Source: Cyanidioschyzon merolae (lineage: Eukaryota). From it: a stretch of 64,000 nucleotides of DNA. Shown here in pieces: positions 33,376 to 46,095 of the stretch. How positions within the stretch are numbered: the first letter of the stretch is position 1; the number at the start of each line of letters is the position of its first letter. The DNA lies in the NCBI GenBank assembly GCA_000091205.1, contig AP006501.2; one strand, written 5' to 3'. The position numbers were made by a program, and so were the translations under genes. A model generated the notes under the pieces. The model saw nothing but the letters and a program-made list of their open reading frames with translations. It searched no databases and was not told the DNA's origin.

Positions 33376-34459
33376 GTTCTTGATTATTGGTATATTTCGT
33401 GAATATGAGTCAGCGTGTGTCCTATGTAGCGATGAGAGAAGCGAGCGCACACCCAGATCAGCGTACCGATTTGGTCAGTGGAGGGATAAGCCGCGCTTTG
33501 GCCTGTTGGTCAACGACACCAGCACCGTTACGTACGGATGCAGATCTATGATAGCGCAGGCTCCCTAGTTCCGGTCACCGTTCACGAACGGACCCCAGCA
33601 GCGGAGTGAGCAGTGCTTCGCTGGGTGGCCCCCCCCCCTCTGCGCACAACAACTCCGCCACCACTGCTACCGCGACTACCAGTTCGACGTTCCGCACGAA
33701 GGAATGATGGCAGGAAGCAGCGTACGCGAGGCAATGGCCTTGCTCGTGGCTACTGGACCGCGCTCAATCAGGAGTCCCAACGGACGCGTGTCCTTTAATT
33801 AACGAAATTTATAGTCTGATCCCATTTCCTGCGATGAACTTGTCGAAAGCCCAAAGTGAGCAGATCTTCCACTTTTTCGACTATAGGTGAGAACACGAGA
33901 ATTCGGTGGCTTTTCTGACGGTCACGAACACCAGCCTCTGTGGGCCCAATGTCTACGGCGGCTTCCCGCTCCTGTCGCTTATCTCGGGGTTTCATGGAGC
34001 AGGTATCTCTTGTTCCTGCAGTATCGTTTTCCGCTGAAGAAGGATGCGGATCGCAACGTTAAAATCCTTAGTTCGCTGCTTCAAAATGTCGTTCATGCAT
34101 TTGATACAGTGACGAAAGTTGTGATCCATGCTTCGCTTGCAATGCTCGTGTTCTATATAGAAAGCCACCTTGCGCCCTTCGGAGCGTAACTCTTCACTGT
34201 GGTCAGAACTTCCCACAAGTGTGCACCAGAACGCGTGCTCCGCTTCCTCCCCAACCTCGGAGGACTTCTCTGTGGCGCCTGGACGCCTGCTTCTTCACTG
34301 GGCAAGTGCTCTTAACGGGTACAGAGGGCTCCCCTCGATGCCCTCATCGGCTCCCGCCCCAATTACCGTACCGTTCGATCAGAGGCTCCGCCTTACTGGC
34401 GCTCTGGGCGAGTACGCTGTTCGCTGCACGCACAATAGCTCGCTGCTAAATTCGACAGA

Positions 34460-34990
34460 GGATCGGTGGAATACAGTGATGTCCTTGATGAAACATGTTC
34501 CTTAAGAAAAAAATCGAGGCTGGAGAACAAATCGAGAATTTTCGATCCGATTACGCTCCCGTTGTACACAGCGGTGACGTAGTCTCCACTGGAAGCGATT
34601 GCGTTGGTGAACACAGACCGAGTTCAAGACCCGCTAACCATCTAAACAGAAGAAGCGCAAGCCTCTGAGAGCATCCCACATGAGATGTATCGAGTGCATG
34701 GGGGTTCCGTTTCGCTGACGGCCATACAACGAAGAACATTGAAATTTCGAGCGGAGCAGAGGATTTAACGTGACCATTTCAGTGAAAGCTCGGTATGAGC
34801 TTGTAAACGAGTCGTCGATGGACGACACCAAGCTCTTCTACGTTTGAATTCATCGGTGCGAATTGCTGCGCCCACGATCCAGCTAGAAGCAGAAGATCTT
34901 AGGCTTGAAGCGTGGGTGATCCTCGCTTGCTAAGCGCGATCAACGGAGAACAGCGGAGGTTTGTATATATTATCTGGATGATTGTATCTT
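34460..34990 (+). repeat. dispersed repeat family 2, copy 2
   Basis: Homologous to 20400-20880 and 45580-46095. It lies in the divergent intergenic region between argJ (-) and the HPR gene (+). Confidence 0.55.
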
Positions 34991-35874
34991 TCATCTCACG
35001 AAACCGTCGCTCGAGGGCATCGCGAATCATTCTGTTTCCGATGACCTAACAAATTCCAGCGGCTACGATTCGAATGCGTCACTTCGAAAAGACATCCGGG
35101 AATCTTAAAGCCAGGTATGAATCCATTAGCCCGTATTCCTGTACATAGATCGCAGAGCATATAGGTCTCAAAGCGGTCGGGAAAAATCTCATGGCCAGAA
35201 CGGAGCATGCTAGATAGTGTTCGATTGTAATCGGATACGAATGCAGCGCCGTCTGCCAATCCAGGGCGACCAACTGCGGATGCTTGCTGCTGAACCGCGC
35301 CCTGGTGCATGTTTCTTCAAGCATGTACTCGGTTGCTTCGGTTTTGAAACCGCGAGAGCGCAGCAGCCACCGTCACTGGCTTCTATATCAATTACGAAGC
35401 TGCACTGCTGCATCAGACTCCGCACTCGAGCGCCATATGCCTCTGTATAGGTTTCCATACGCTAGCGAATACGACAAGGGAAATAGCGCCTCGAGCAGGC
35501 ATCTGCAAGGCCCTTCGGCGCCCTGAAGACGCCCGCAACCGCTTCTTTTTGTTTTCGCGTTGTAGGAGGTGCACCGAAAACGCTGGACCCCATCGGGATC
35601 GCATGAACAAACCATGATCCCCAAAGACAAGTTTCGGGTACCGTTGCCGGAGCTTGAAGGATCAGCGGCAGCGGCACACCAGGTGCTTCCCTGAATCCCG
35701 GTGTTTCGCGTCTGTACCCCAGGTGATCCCTGATTCCATGCATCCATCCTACACCAGATCGAGAATATCGAACGCTCGGCCCAGGACCTGCGCTCGTGAT
35801 GCAGGAATCGAGTCCATATATGTACAGCTCTGTATAGTATCTTTGATCTGGCCTGCTGTGCAACACGAGCGCTG

Positions 35875-37107
35875 ATGCACAACCACCAGTTGAGCATTGG
35901 CGTCAGTAGCTGCGGCTTGCAACTTCGGCGAACGCTCATGGCTCGACTGCAGTGGAGGACCTTTAATTCAAACGGTAGACATCGCGTAGTGGTGACCAAA
36001 CCACTTGTTGGTGAAAACTGGTTGGAAACGCTTCTAGCGGCGGACTGTCGGGTCGACCAGTGTCTCAGCGAGCGCATCCTGTCGCGCGCCGAGCTTCGAG
36101 ACGCTATCGGGAGTCGCTGCGACGGCGTCGTTGGCCAGTTGACCGAACCCTGGGATGAAGAGCTGTTTCGGGCCCTCAAGTCAGCTGGTGGAAAAGTCTA
36201 CTCGAACGTCGCAGTTGGCTTCGACAATGTTGACGTATCGGCGGCGACACGGCACGGGATTGCTGTCGGGAACACACCTGGCGTGCTCACAGAGACCACC
36301 GCGGAAATGGCAGTGGCGCTGACGTTCGCCGCTGGCCGGCGCCTGGTGGAAGCGGACGCATTCATGCGGGCAGGCAAGTACAAAGGCTGGTTGCCTACCA
36401 TGTTTCTGGGAAAACTATTCTACGGCAAGACACTGGGCATCATTGGTGCAGGCCGGATTGGGTCCGTATACGCGCTAACGATGGCACGCGGCTGTCACAT
36501 GGACGTCGTTTACTACGACCAGTTTCAGAATGAACAACTGGAACGCAAAGTGAGGGAGACTGGTTCATTATACCAGCAGCTTGGCGAACGATGTATATCC
36601 ATTCGACGCGCTGAGACGGTAGAGGAGCTGCTCGAGGCAGCCGATGTTGTCTCATTGCATACAGTTTTGGATGCGAGCACGCGCCATATGATTAATAACG
36701 AGCGCTTGCGGCTCATGAAAAAAGACGCTGTTTTGGTTAACTGTGGCCGAGGCCCCTTGATCGATGAACGTGCCTTGGTCCAACACTGTCGCGAGCATCC
36801 CGATTTCCGCGTCGGCTTGGATGTCTTCGAGAACGAGCCCAAAATGGCACCTGGTCTTGCGAGTCTTCCGAACGTCGTCGTTGTGCCGCATATTGCCTCA
36901 GCAACTGTATGGACACGCACGGGCATGAGCACCCTGGCGGCTGCGAATGTGGCTGGGATTATTCGCGGTGATCCAGTTTGGAACCAACCGGACGTGTTGG
37001 CTTTCGTGGATGCCCCCAGTGTCGCCGCGATGCCGCGGGCAGCGCCCAGCATTGTGAATGCCAAAGAGCTAGGCTTACCACAGTACAAACAAATGAGTCG
37101 CCTCTAG
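35875..37107 (+). CDS. D-isomer-specific 2-hydroxyacid dehydrogenase, plant-type hydroxypyruvate/glycerate reductase (HPR-like), 410 aa
   Basis: ATG verified at 35875. The N-terminus resembles HPR1 (GRHRVVVTKPL). The NAD-binding motif GKTLGIIGAGRIGSVYA is present, together with catalytic-region motifs (VNCGRGPLIDERALVQH..., VVVPHIASAT). Confidence 0.8.
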   Translation: MHNHQLSIGVSSCGLQLRRTLMARLQWRTFNSNGRHRVVVTKPLVGENWLETLLAADCRVDQCLSERILSRAELRDAIGSRCDGVVGQLTEPWDEELFRALKSAGGKVYSNVAVGFDNVDVSAATRHGIAVGNTPGVLTETTAEMAVALTFAAGRRLVEADAFMRAGKYKGWLPTMFLGKLFYGKTLGIIGAGRIGSVYALTMARGCHMDVVYYDQFQNEQLERKVRETGSLYQQLGERCISIRRAETVEELLEAADVVSLHTVLDASTRHMINNERLRLMKKDAVLVNCGRGPLIDERALVQHCREHPDFRVGLDVFENEPKMAPGLASLPNVVVVPHIASATVWTRTGMSTLAAANVAGIIRGDPVWNQPDVLAFVDAPSVAAMPRAAPSIVNAKELGLPQYKQMSRL

Positions 37108-37413
37108 TATCTGTGGTGTCGTTGCACGCTGCGCATAGCAGGGAACTGCAATATCCGCACGGGCTACGGAGATCGCGCACGTTTGCATCCATTCACAGGG
37201 TGCAGGGATACGATCCCCGAAAGTGCTTCTTCTGAGGCCCATACCCGGTTCCAAGATGGAACGATTTTGCACGTAACAATTGCGTACGCGAACTGATCCC
37301 GTAAAGAGGCACAAGCAAACCCAAAGCGAGCGGTGTTTTCAAAATACCCTGCGACAGGGGTCCTTCAAGACCCGTGACCTTTCGCTTGCTCACGTATCCG
37401 GGACCGCCGATTA

Positions 37414-38154
37414 CTAGATTCCGCAGCAGGTGCAGAATGTTCTCCAGCAGCTGGCCAGATAACATAGCACAATCACAGCCAATGCAACGGTGCAGGTCAC
37501 TGCAAGCACGAACCAGTCGTGGCGGAACGCTTCATTGATCGGCTCGGCGCAACCGCGTCCCGCGTTCAACTCTTCGCTTGTTCGACACGATCCGCCGGTG
37601 CTTATGCCCGGGCAATACTGAACGTCCGGATTCGATGTTGAGCACTGGTTTGCGTTGTAACCGGCACACCCATAATGGAGCTCCTGGGAGCACACGAACC
37701 GGGGATTACTCTGCACAGTCATGAGCCAGCTGTTGCTGGATATATTGTTCGAACCGTTCGGCCCGGTCGTTCCGTATGCGTACCAAGCGATCACACACAG
37801 CGCCCCAAGGAAGAGGAAAGCCAAAAGTAAGACAAGATTATACAAGAAATAAAACAATTTTCCGAGGCAGCACTTGGCTGCGCAGTGCGCGAGTACACCA
37901 AGAGCCCCGATGCCAATCAGTACCGCACCAGCAACGATGTACAGCCAGGCATTACGGGCCACTGACCCGACAAGTGGGTTGGTCTGTTTGTACTGACTGT
38001 ATGCAGAAAACGCGTTCCCGCGCTGATCCAAAGCTCCGACGGCAAGAACAACCACCCCAGCCAAAATAAAAAGAATATTCGCCACGAATAGGAAGCAGTT
38101 GACCAGCTTCGTATCCGCGAAACAGATTCCGCCCCGGCCGGTGCCTTTACCCAT
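37414..38154 (-). CDS. tetraspanin-like four-transmembrane protein (246 aa)
   Basis: ATG verified at 38152-38154. There are four predicted hydrophobic helices. A Cys-rich loop lies between helices 3 and 4 (ELHYGCAGYNANQCSTS...CPGISTGGSCRTS). The juxtamembrane CCLGK resembles tetraspanin palmitoylation sites. Confidence 0.45.
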   Translation of the reverse strand: MGKGTGRGGICFADTKLVNCFLFVANILFILAGVVVLAVGALDQRGNAFSAYSQYKQTNPLVGSVARNAWLYIVAGAVLIGIGALGVLAHCAAKCCLGKLFYFLYNLVLLLAFLFLGALCVIAWYAYGTTGPNGSNNISSNSWLMTVQSNPRFVCSQELHYGCAGYNANQCSTSNPDVQYCPGISTGGSCRTSEELNAGRGCAEPINEAFRHDWFVLAVTCTVALAVIVLCYLASCWRTFCTCCGI

Positions 38155-38420
38155 GACAGCACGTGACCGAACGTCGGTAAACGAAGGGACGCTTTAAGGT
38201 GCCGGTGCTTCGAAGAAATCCGGCAACAGGTAGACTCCCTGGGTTTCCAAGTTGGGACGGTTTCGAGCTCCCCGCGAGGCGATACAAAGGGGATGCGTAC
38301 CCGGGCGACACTGCGGCGCAGGCGCCATTTCGCTGCGCTCTCCAGGGACGGGAACGGGCCACCAGCGGACATGGACCATGTTCGTGTCCGTGTGATGTGC
38401 GCTGTCCATTCGTTGGCAAG

Positions 38421-38745
38421 GCGACACCGTGCCATGTCTGTATTGTACAGGATCGGCGCATTGATGCAGCATATCCGTAGGGGCGACCCCGCGCTATGTC
38501 TGTATTGTACAGGATCGGTGCATTGATGCAGCATATCCGTAGGGGCGACCCCGCGCCATGTCTGTATTGTACAGGATCGGTGCATTGATGCAGCATATCC
38601 GTAGGGGCGACACCGCGCTATGTCTGTATTGTACAGGATCGGTGCATTGATGCAGCATATCCGTAGGGGCGACACCGCGCCATGTCTGTATGGTACAGTA
38701 TCGGTGCATTGATGCAGCATATTCGTAGGGGCGACACCGCGCGAT
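38421..38745. repeat. minisatellite: ~5 tandem copies of a 62-bp unit
   Basis: The unit gcgacaccg(c/t)gc(c/t)atgtctgtattgtacaggatcgg(c/t)gcattgatgcagcatatccgtaggg starts at about 38421, 38483, 38545, 38607 and 38669, and a partial sixth copy decays near 38745. It begins 267 bp upstream of the tetraspanin-like gene ATG. Confidence 0.9.
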
Positions 38746-38875
38746 TCGTACGCAGCAGCGCAGCTCGTACGCCGATTCCCCCCGCCGCACCACGGCATAC
38801 ATTGAAAACTTCGTCACTCTGAGCAGCGTTCGTACGGGCGCTGTAGGCACTCACTGAATGTTCGGTACACAGTCA

Positions 38876-39079
<204 letters not shown>

Positions 39080-39395
39080 TTAGCAGTCCACCTTGTCGTT
39101 TTCTTTTTTGAGACCCGAGCACCTTCCCCAAAATAAACGAAGCGCTGCCCTGAGCGGTTTGCATTCCCACGAACGGCCTCAGCGGGTGTCTCGCATCCCG
39201 TACGCAGTTGCCAGCACCGTTTACGTAACCCGCGATCAAAGAACGCGCCTGGAACATGCGCCGCACACCGCACGCTCGTCGAGAGACGCAGGGACGACGA
39301 CAAAGCACCCAACCAGCACAGCAAACACGCAGTAGCCGCAGAAACTGTCCATTACAACCAGGTTTACACTAGTTACGAACACCGTAAATCCATTT

Positions 39396-41936
39396 CTAAA
39401 GCTTATCGTAAAAGTTCGAAATATCCGGCACACTCTCCTTGAGGCCTTTGCGCAAGCGCGTCGCTTTGCAGAAATCATACGCCAAGTTGCCGGTTTCCAG
39501 CGGGGATCCCGGGACCAGCTCCCAGTGCGAGAACATCATTTGAGGAAAGGCCTGGCCTGACGTTGCTGAACGCAGCTCAGCGGTGAACCCAAATGATTCC
39601 ACAACCGGGAGGTAGGCCTTGAGGATCCAGAGTGGCGTTCCCGCACGCTGTTGTTCCTCCGTGACCATACCCCGCTTTCGCGAGAAGAGACCGTAGATGG
39701 AGCCCACCGCTTGCTCTGGGCAGGTGATATCGACGAGGAACATTGGCTCAAATAGGCGCGGTTTCGCTAGCAGCTGTGCACCGTAGAGGCACCGCCGACA
39801 CGTCGGGATGATTTGACCACCACCCCGATGGATCGCATCTGCATGGAGCGTCACATCAACCAGGTTGAAACCGATGTTGCGCATGGGCTCCTCACAGAGG
39901 ACACCCTCCTTGCATGCCCACTGCATCGCTGCAACGCAAGAGTCCTTGATTTCATTCAGGAATTGGACGGCTTTGGTGCGATCCATGAAAAGATTCGGGC
40001 CGGTCGTATCCGGGGCGAAGCACCAAATTCGACGGGCGGCGTCCTCGTCCATGTTGTATTCATCCTTCAGGATTTTCGCCCGAGCCTTGGGTTCGTCGCG
40101 TGGTGTTATCTTGCCCTCGTCAATGGCTTGTGCAACACCTTCGGGCAGTGGATCGGCGTAGATATAGAGACGATTGTGCTTATTCGGAGACTTGGACAGA
40201 CAGACGGCCGTGTTCAGCGGATCAGGAACCCCTTCGACAGTCTCGCGGTAGCTGACCACCGGGTTGCCTACGCGGATCTCCGCGCCATTCATAAAGTCCT
40301 CCTGGAGATCCTTCAGACATATCTCTAAATGCAGCTCTCCGGCGCCTGCGATGATGTGCTCGCCACTCTCCTCCATGGTAACCTCAACCAGTGGATCGGA
40401 TTTGGCCAAGCGCTTCAGTCCTTCCACAAGTTTGGGCAGATCACTCGGATTCTTGGGTTCAACGGCGACGCGAACAACAGGCGAAACCGAGTATTTCATG
40501 TTCTTGATGGGAAAAGCGCTCTCCTCGTCCGTGATCGTCCCTGACTTGACCAGAAATTGATCCACACCAACGAGTCCGACAGTGTTACCAGCGGGAACGG
40601 AGTCGACGGCTTCGGTGCGTCGGCCCATCATCAGCAAGGTTCGCTGGATATTCTTCACCGCCAGGTCCTTCTTCTCACCTGGTTCATAGTTTGGTCCGTA
40701 GATACGCACCTTCATGCCTGTGCGAATTGTCCCTGAGAAGACTCTTCCAAAAGCCACAAAGCGACCCTTGTCGGAGGCCGGCACCATCTTGCTCACGTAC
40801 AGCATCAGTGGCCCTTTCGGATCACAGTTGCGCATCGCCGTTGCAGCAACGTCATCCATTGGACCCTCGTACAACAACTCTGTGCGGTACTTTTGGGCCT
40901 TCACAGGTGACGGCAAGTGCGTCACAATCATTTCCAAGAGTGCCTGGTCTGCTGGGAGCCACTTTTGCAGTACGCGCTTCATCAATGGCTTCTGACGTAG
41001 CTGTTTGTCGTCGTTTGTCAGCGACACGTCTAATCCGGAGAGCAGCTTTTCAAGGGCTTCAACTTGGTCCGACATGCACAGCTCGATGATCTTCTTCACC
41101 GGTTTGATCACAAACTCGCAGAAGGCCCGTTCCAGCTGCTCGCCTTCAGCGTCGGTGCTCTTCGTTGTCCACTTCTTTGTCTTGCGGTTGAAATAATTCT
41201 CACCCCAGAGGCGTTGCGTCATTTTCTCTACGTCGACGCCAAACTTCTTAGCATACATCCGTGCGAACCGGGTCAACGTAAACGCCCAGCCATGCAGTCC
41301 AGCGGAAAACGCCACGGTGCCCTTCGCCGGGGACACCTGAACATCGCCAAGAGCAGCGTCTTGGTAAGTAGCAAGGATCACGTTCGCGTTTTCAATCACC
41401 CTACTGAAGGTTTGGTACATTTCCTCTGCCTCGAGTTGCAGTTCCAGAAACGCCCGATCCAGTTTGTTGATCGTCAAGACGGGTTTGATACGCTCAGCGA
41501 GCGCTTGCCGCAACACCGTTTCTGTCTGCACACAAACCCCCTCGACACAGTCTACGACAACAAGCGCACCGTCAGTAACGCGCAGCGCTGCAGTCACCTC
41601 CGAGCTGAAGTCCACGTGGCCCGGGCTGTCGATCAGGTTCACGAGAAAGTCCCGCGAGTCGCCCGAGTCCTTAGGCAGTTCCAGATCCGGGGGATAGTGG
41701 AAAAAAAGGCTGATTCCAGTGCTTTTGATCGTGATACAGCGTTCTTGCTCGTCAGGGCGCGTATCCGTGAGGCGCGTGTCGCCTGCAGCTTCGATCGCTA
41801 TGATACCGGCCGCAGCAACCAGGCTGTCCGTTAACGTCGACTTGCCGTGATCCACGTGCGCAATGACGGACATGTTCCGGATCTGCTCCGGTATGTCCAT
41901 CAAGGACCGGAGCTCGTCAATTGTAAAGTTCACCAT
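39396..41936 (-). CDS. translation elongation factor 2 (eEF2), 846 aa
   Basis: The listed ORF starts at GTG 41996. The ATG at 41934-41936 gives [40 protein letters not shown]..., the canonical eEF2 N-terminus. The diphthamide-region and domain IV motifs are present downstream. Confidence 0.95.
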   Translation of the reverse strand: MVNFTIDELRSLMDIPEQIRNMSVIAHVDHGKSTLTDSLVAAAGIIAIEAAGDTRLTDTRPDEQERCITIKSTGISLFFHYPPDLELPKDSGDSRDFLVNLIDSPGHVDFSSEVTAALRVTDGALVVVDCVEGVCVQTETVLRQALAERIKPVLTINKLDRAFLELQLEAEEMYQTFSRVIENANVILATYQDAALGDVQVSPAKGTVAFSAGLHGWAFTLTRFARMYAKKFGVDVEKMTQRLWGENYFNRKTKKWTTKSTDAEGEQLERAFCEFVIKPVKKIIELCMSDQVEALEKLLSGLDVSLTNDDKQLRQKPLMKRVLQKWLPADQALLEMIVTHLPSPVKAQKYRTELLYEGPMDDVAATAMRNCDPKGPLMLYVSKMVPASDKGRFVAFGRVFSGTIRTGMKVRIYGPNYEPGEKKDLAVKNIQRTLLMMGRRTEAVDSVPAGNTVGLVGVDQFLVKSGTITDEESAFPIKNMKYSVSPVVRVAVEPKNPSDLPKLVEGLKRLAKSDPLVEVTMEESGEHIIAGAGELHLEICLKDLQEDFMNGAEIRVGNPVVSYRETVEGVPDPLNTAVCLSKSPNKHNRLYIYADPLPEGVAQAIDEGKITPRDEPKARAKILKDEYNMDEDAARRIWCFAPDTTGPNLFMDRTKAVQFLNEIKDSCVAAMQWACKEGVLCEEPMRNIGFNLVDVTLHADAIHRGGGQIIPTCRRCLYGAQLLAKPRLFEPMFLVDITCPEQAVGSIYGLFSRKRGMVTEEQQRAGTPLWILKAYLPVVESFGFTAELRSATSGQAFPQMMFSHWELVPGSPLETGNLAYDFCKATRLRKGLKESVPDISNFYDKL

Positions 41937-42983
41937 TTTGTCAGCGGAACGTTTAACACAGCGCTGAACCGAGCAGTGCGAGCCGAGCGACGACACCTAA
42001 GGCGAACCTGTCGCAAACGGTTGGTCGACAAGGTGGCGACAAACGCCGACGCCGCCGCGAATGCGGTCGCAGCAGCGCAGCCCCCGAATCCAAACTGGAC
42101 ACGAATGGAAGAACTAGAATATATTAGTATTATCATGGACATATCTAAGGCGCAGCTGTGGACCCGTCAGAAACGACGCGCACGAGGCAGTATCCAGTAC
42201 GATGCATGCACTCTGGACGGAGAGCGAATGGCGCGCTGCTGGGGCACCGACTACTCCTGATAATGGTATGGAATCCATCAGGGGAACGACCAGAAACGAA
42301 ACGCGTCTTTGGCCTTTCACGGCCACATATGGGAGAAGGCACAGTTTCCCGCATGTTTGGCAAATATGCCTTTTGCGCTTTGGATGCCGTGTACTGGATG
42401 AGTTTGCCAGTTTGATGCGCCGTGCGCCGCAGTGGTGATAGCTGGAACTGTCATGGGACCCACGAGGCTCGTGTGCAACGCGATTTTCTGGAACGAAGCA
42501 GGACAGCGCCCGATGCCCGAGCTGTGTCCTTGTCGCCGAGTCCCTTTAGCATATCGCTTCGCGCCGCTGTCGACTAGTGTGCCAGAGTCTAGACGCACGA
42601 AGCTTCCGGTCATTTGGTCGGGCACGCGCCTCGCGCCGACGCTTGCCGAGGCGTCGCAATACCGCTCTGTCTCCGTCGGGCGGTTGCAGCGGCAGCGGTG
42701 CAGTGACCGTCACTGCTGGCGTTTGGGGCGTTCGCGGCATCTAAGCGTCGCGAACGCTGTCTAACTTCCAGTGTTTAGAGCAAATGTGCTCTGGGGCGTG
42801 CTCGGCACCTAACCGTCGCAAACTCGTGTGAAAATTCTACTTGTTTGGGAAACAGGGCTCAACAAGCTGAGGAACACAGGAGCGCATTAGAAAATGCCCC
42901 AGTGTCTCTGGTATTCGGTAGGATACGCGCATCCGAGGGATTCGGGTCAGATGCTGCAATGATCCAACATTGCAAAACCATTG

Positions 42984-43000
42984 CACACACACACACACAC
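42984..43000. repeat. (CA)8 dinucleotide microsatellite
   Basis: cacacacacacacacac read directly in an intergenic region. Confidence 0.8.
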
Positions 43001-43271
43001 GGAAGGAGGCCGCTGTATATACCACGTGAGCAGATACATGCGAGTACGCAGTAGAAACATAGCACTGCATAGAAGGTTTCGGCGTCTCTGTCGGAGGCTG
43101 TGCCGGTGGACACCGGTCGAAGCCCTCCACGTGAAAAACTCAAAAATTTTGTATTGCAGCGCTTTATCCGTCAACGTACACCTTTATCAAGCTCGCCACT
43201 ATTCGTATGAGACACTCTGCGGTGGTCGAGCCGCCCCTCAAGCCACCCATTCAAAAAAATAAGGGCTCCGC

Positions 43272-44513
43272 CTAAATCTTTGCCATGGCTTCCGTAAATC
43301 CGCGCGCCTGCACAGCGTGCTGCTGGTAGTACTCGGCTGCCGCAGCTACACCGGCGCCAAGCTTGAAACCATTGTATCCGCACTCGCGCAGCGTCATTTC
43401 GACGCCAGCAAGCGCGCCCAGTATCGTCAATTCGTTCAAGTCGCCAAGTGAACTGATGCGGAACGCCTTACCGCGCAGACGCATGAGTCCCGCTCCGAGC
43501 GAGAGATTGTATTTCTGGAAGGCAACCTTCACAACTTGGACGCCGTCCACACCTTGTGGTAGCATCACAGTCGTTACGGTGTCTGACTGCAAGCGCGGGT
43601 CGCGGCAGCAGATTTCGAGATTCCACGCTCGTACCGCTCTCCGAACGCCTTCTGCGAGCTTGTGGTGCCGCGCCCACACTTGTTCAAAGCCCTCTTCCTC
43701 GAGCATTTTCACTGCTTCAACGAGACCGTACAACAGGGGCACGCTAGGAGTATAAGGGAAGAATCCATCGACGTTTGAACGCAGATGATCCTGGAACGAC
43801 ATGTATACATGGGGCAGCTTTGCGGTCTTGCTCCGCTCCAGCGCCCTCGGCGACGCACAGACGAAGCCGAGACCCGCTGGCAACATGAGCGCCTTCTGCG
43901 ATCCGGTGACTGCCAGGTCTACACGCCATTCATCGAACTTGAATGGGACTGCACCGATGCTACTTACGCCGTCCACCATGAGCAGTGCCGGATGCTGGTA
44001 CTTGTCCAGCAACCGTCGCACAGCAGGTATGTCGGTGCATACACCGGTCGTTGTTTCGTTGTGTACGACACAGACGGCTTTGATGTCGTGAGCCCGATCG
44101 TTCTGGATCAGTCCCTCCATGCGATCCATGGGGAGGCCTTCGCCCCACTCCACGTCCAGTTCAATGGGCCGCAGGCCCAGACGCTTCATCATATCGATCC
44201 ACAGGTGACTAAACTGACCGAAGCGCACCGAGATGACCTGGTCCTGAGGGTCCAGGCAGTTGGTCAGCGCCGCTTCCCAGCCCAGGGTTCCGGTGCCAGG
44301 GAATATAAACGCGTGCCCTTGACGGCACTGAAAGACTTTCTTGATGGCTTCCAGTGCTGCGAGACCCAGTTTTGGAAAATCGAGCGAGCGGTGGTCCTCA
44401 CTGTTGCGGTGCATAGCATTCTGCACCCGTTGTGGGACGTTCGTCGGACCCGGAACCATTAAAAAGTTCCTTCCATAAGGAACAGGTACGTCTTTCGTCG
44501 TTAGGGGTGCCAT
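43272..44513 (-). CDS. class-V aminotransferase, serine-glyoxylate / alanine-glyoxylate aminotransferase (AGT1/SGAT-like), 413 aa
   Basis: The listed ORF starts at GTG 44561, with the first ATG at 44511-44513. The N-terminus GRNFLMVPGPTNVPQRVQNAM matches plant AGT1 (GRHHLFVPGPVNIPEPVIRAM). The PLP-lysine region is present (VDLAVTGSQKALMLPAGLGF). Confidence 0.8.
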   Translation of the reverse strand: MAPLTTKDVPVPYGRNFLMVPGPTNVPQRVQNAMHRNSEDHRSLDFPKLGLAALEAIKKVFQCRQGHAFIFPGTGTLGWEAALTNCLDPQDQVISVRFGQFSHLWIDMMKRLGLRPIELDVEWGEGLPMDRMEGLIQNDRAHDIKAVCVVHNETTTGVCTDIPAVRRLLDKYQHPALLMVDGVSSIGAVPFKFDEWRVDLAVTGSQKALMLPAGLGFVCASPRALERSKTAKLPHVYMSFQDHLRSNVDGFFPYTPSVPLLYGLVEAVKMLEEEGFEQVWARHHKLAEGVRRAVRAWNLEICCRDPRLQSDTVTTVMLPQGVDGVQVVKVAFQKYNLSLGAGLMRLRGKAFRISSLGDLNELTILGALAGVEMTLRECGYNGFKLGAGVAAAAEYYQQHAVQARGFTEAMAKI

Positions 44514-45579
44514 TGCAAGTGAATTGGTACTCGAGAGGCAGCGATAAACAAGCGGTTCCACAAAGCGTTACGCCTCAGACACAGGTCGCAAACTCGTCAC
44601 AAACGCAACGTGGCCAGCGACAGCACGACCTATATTGCAAGTATGAGGTTGAAAATAGTAAGTGCGCTCAAGAATGCGTGAATTCGTCCACACCAGAAAG
44701 CTACTACTGAGAGGCAACGCGCTCGTAGTCGTACGGTGCACTGAAGCGCTGAGCGACCAATACCCGGCATCAGCGCATCCCAACGCGCTGCGATTTCGGA
44801 GAGCGCGCGCGTGCCCTGCACCTGCGCGGATCATCCCTTCAGCCGCCTCCTGCAGGGGCGCGTCCACGTATGTGTGCGTGCATGCACGCATGCATGCATG
44901 CGTACACGCTGCGCTTTCAGCGTGATTCGCTCGTAGAGGCCGGGTGCAGCATGGATGCCGGCGGCTAGCCTGCAGATACGCCTCGTTCGGATTGAAATCG
45001 AACGGATCAACTCACCGAACACGTGCGTACACATCAAAGAGTTTGGGTCATCGCATGGTGGTTAATATAAGGTGTGGAAGGATATGTCTGCGACTGATGC
45101 CTTTTCCTCTCTGTTGCCTCGGGCTTTAAATAGGTAGGGCTCGTCTGGCTCTGAAGCTCTGTAGTCAGTAGTTGAAGGGTGTTGATGGCAGCGTGCTTTT
45201 CGATATCGTTGCTTCGAGACGTTGTTGACGTATTTCAGGCACACTTAGAGATTGCGATGCACGCTTCGCGTGCATTTCCATCTTGGTCGAATACAGACGC
45301 AGTGCACCCTCGGTCGCTGTGACGCTTGGATGTCGCGAGGTGTTCCAGTACCTTCGCCACGCACCTGCTTTCTCCGTGCGTGGCCGCGTTGCGCGCGAAC
45401 GCTTGCTTCATCGCTCGGCACATGTCCTTGACGGGCATCTTATGATCCCGTCAGTGCGCTCCTCCGTTTCCGCGCCCGATGCCGTACCCTAAGATCACGG
45501 GCTTCTTTTGGACGATGCTATTGTCCAAGACTCTACCCGCTGCACACACGAGTGCATGCTGTCCCATTCGATGGAGGAT

Positions 45580-46095
45580 TTCTGGAAGCCGATGCTCTCC
45601 ATGATGAACCAAGTACCGGAATGACATTCGATACTGGAGAACGAGTCGAGAAACTTGGATCGTTTCATGCTACCTGCATACGGGGCGCTGTCAGACTCTC
45701 TACTCGATGCGCTCGCTGCGGTGACTAGATTCCCAGTGCAGGACCCTTTACCATGCGAACAGAAGAGACGGCATCGTCTGGGTGTACATTTCCTGAATGA
45801 TGTCAAGCTGCCGTCGAATGCTGTTTCGTGAATGCATACGCAGAGTGAGGAGGATTTGCGTTTTTAACGGAATCGGTTATTTGGCAACATGAATTCAGTG
45901 AGGTTTCAGCACAACCTGGTGAGCAAGTCGTAACGCGACGACGCGCGAGCATCTGTACGCTTCAATCCAGCGGCACGAATCGCTGCACCTACGAGTTGCC
46001 TTGAAACAGAAGATCTTATGCTTGACGCATGCGTGAATATCATATGCTAGACCTAAGCAATGAAAGACAGCGGATGCGTGTACATATAAACTGGA
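45580..46095 (+). repeat. dispersed repeat family 2, copy 3
   Basis: Homologous blocks include gatgaacc.ag, g.acgaatcgctgcacctacga, acagaagatcttatgcttgacgcatgcgtgaata, and an end shared with copy 2 (...cagcgga.g...gt.tatat...ctgg). It lies in the divergent intergenic region between the SGAT (-) and PP2A-B55 (+) genes. Confidence 0.55.

Noticed and set aside
38421-38745. Tandem direct repeats as a possible CRISPR array
   Set aside because: The units are contiguous with no unique spacers and the period is 62 bp with no spacer-repeat alternation. The context is eukaryotic (condensin, CstF, eEF2). This is a minisatellite, not CRISPR.
37917-38854. Several 80-290-aa minus-strand ORFs (for example 37917-38798, 38147-38596, 38494-38850) with repeated MLHQCTDPVQYRH... 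peptides
   Set aside because: They are read-through translations of the 62-bp minisatellite, and the same peptide recurs at the repeat period. They are not genes.
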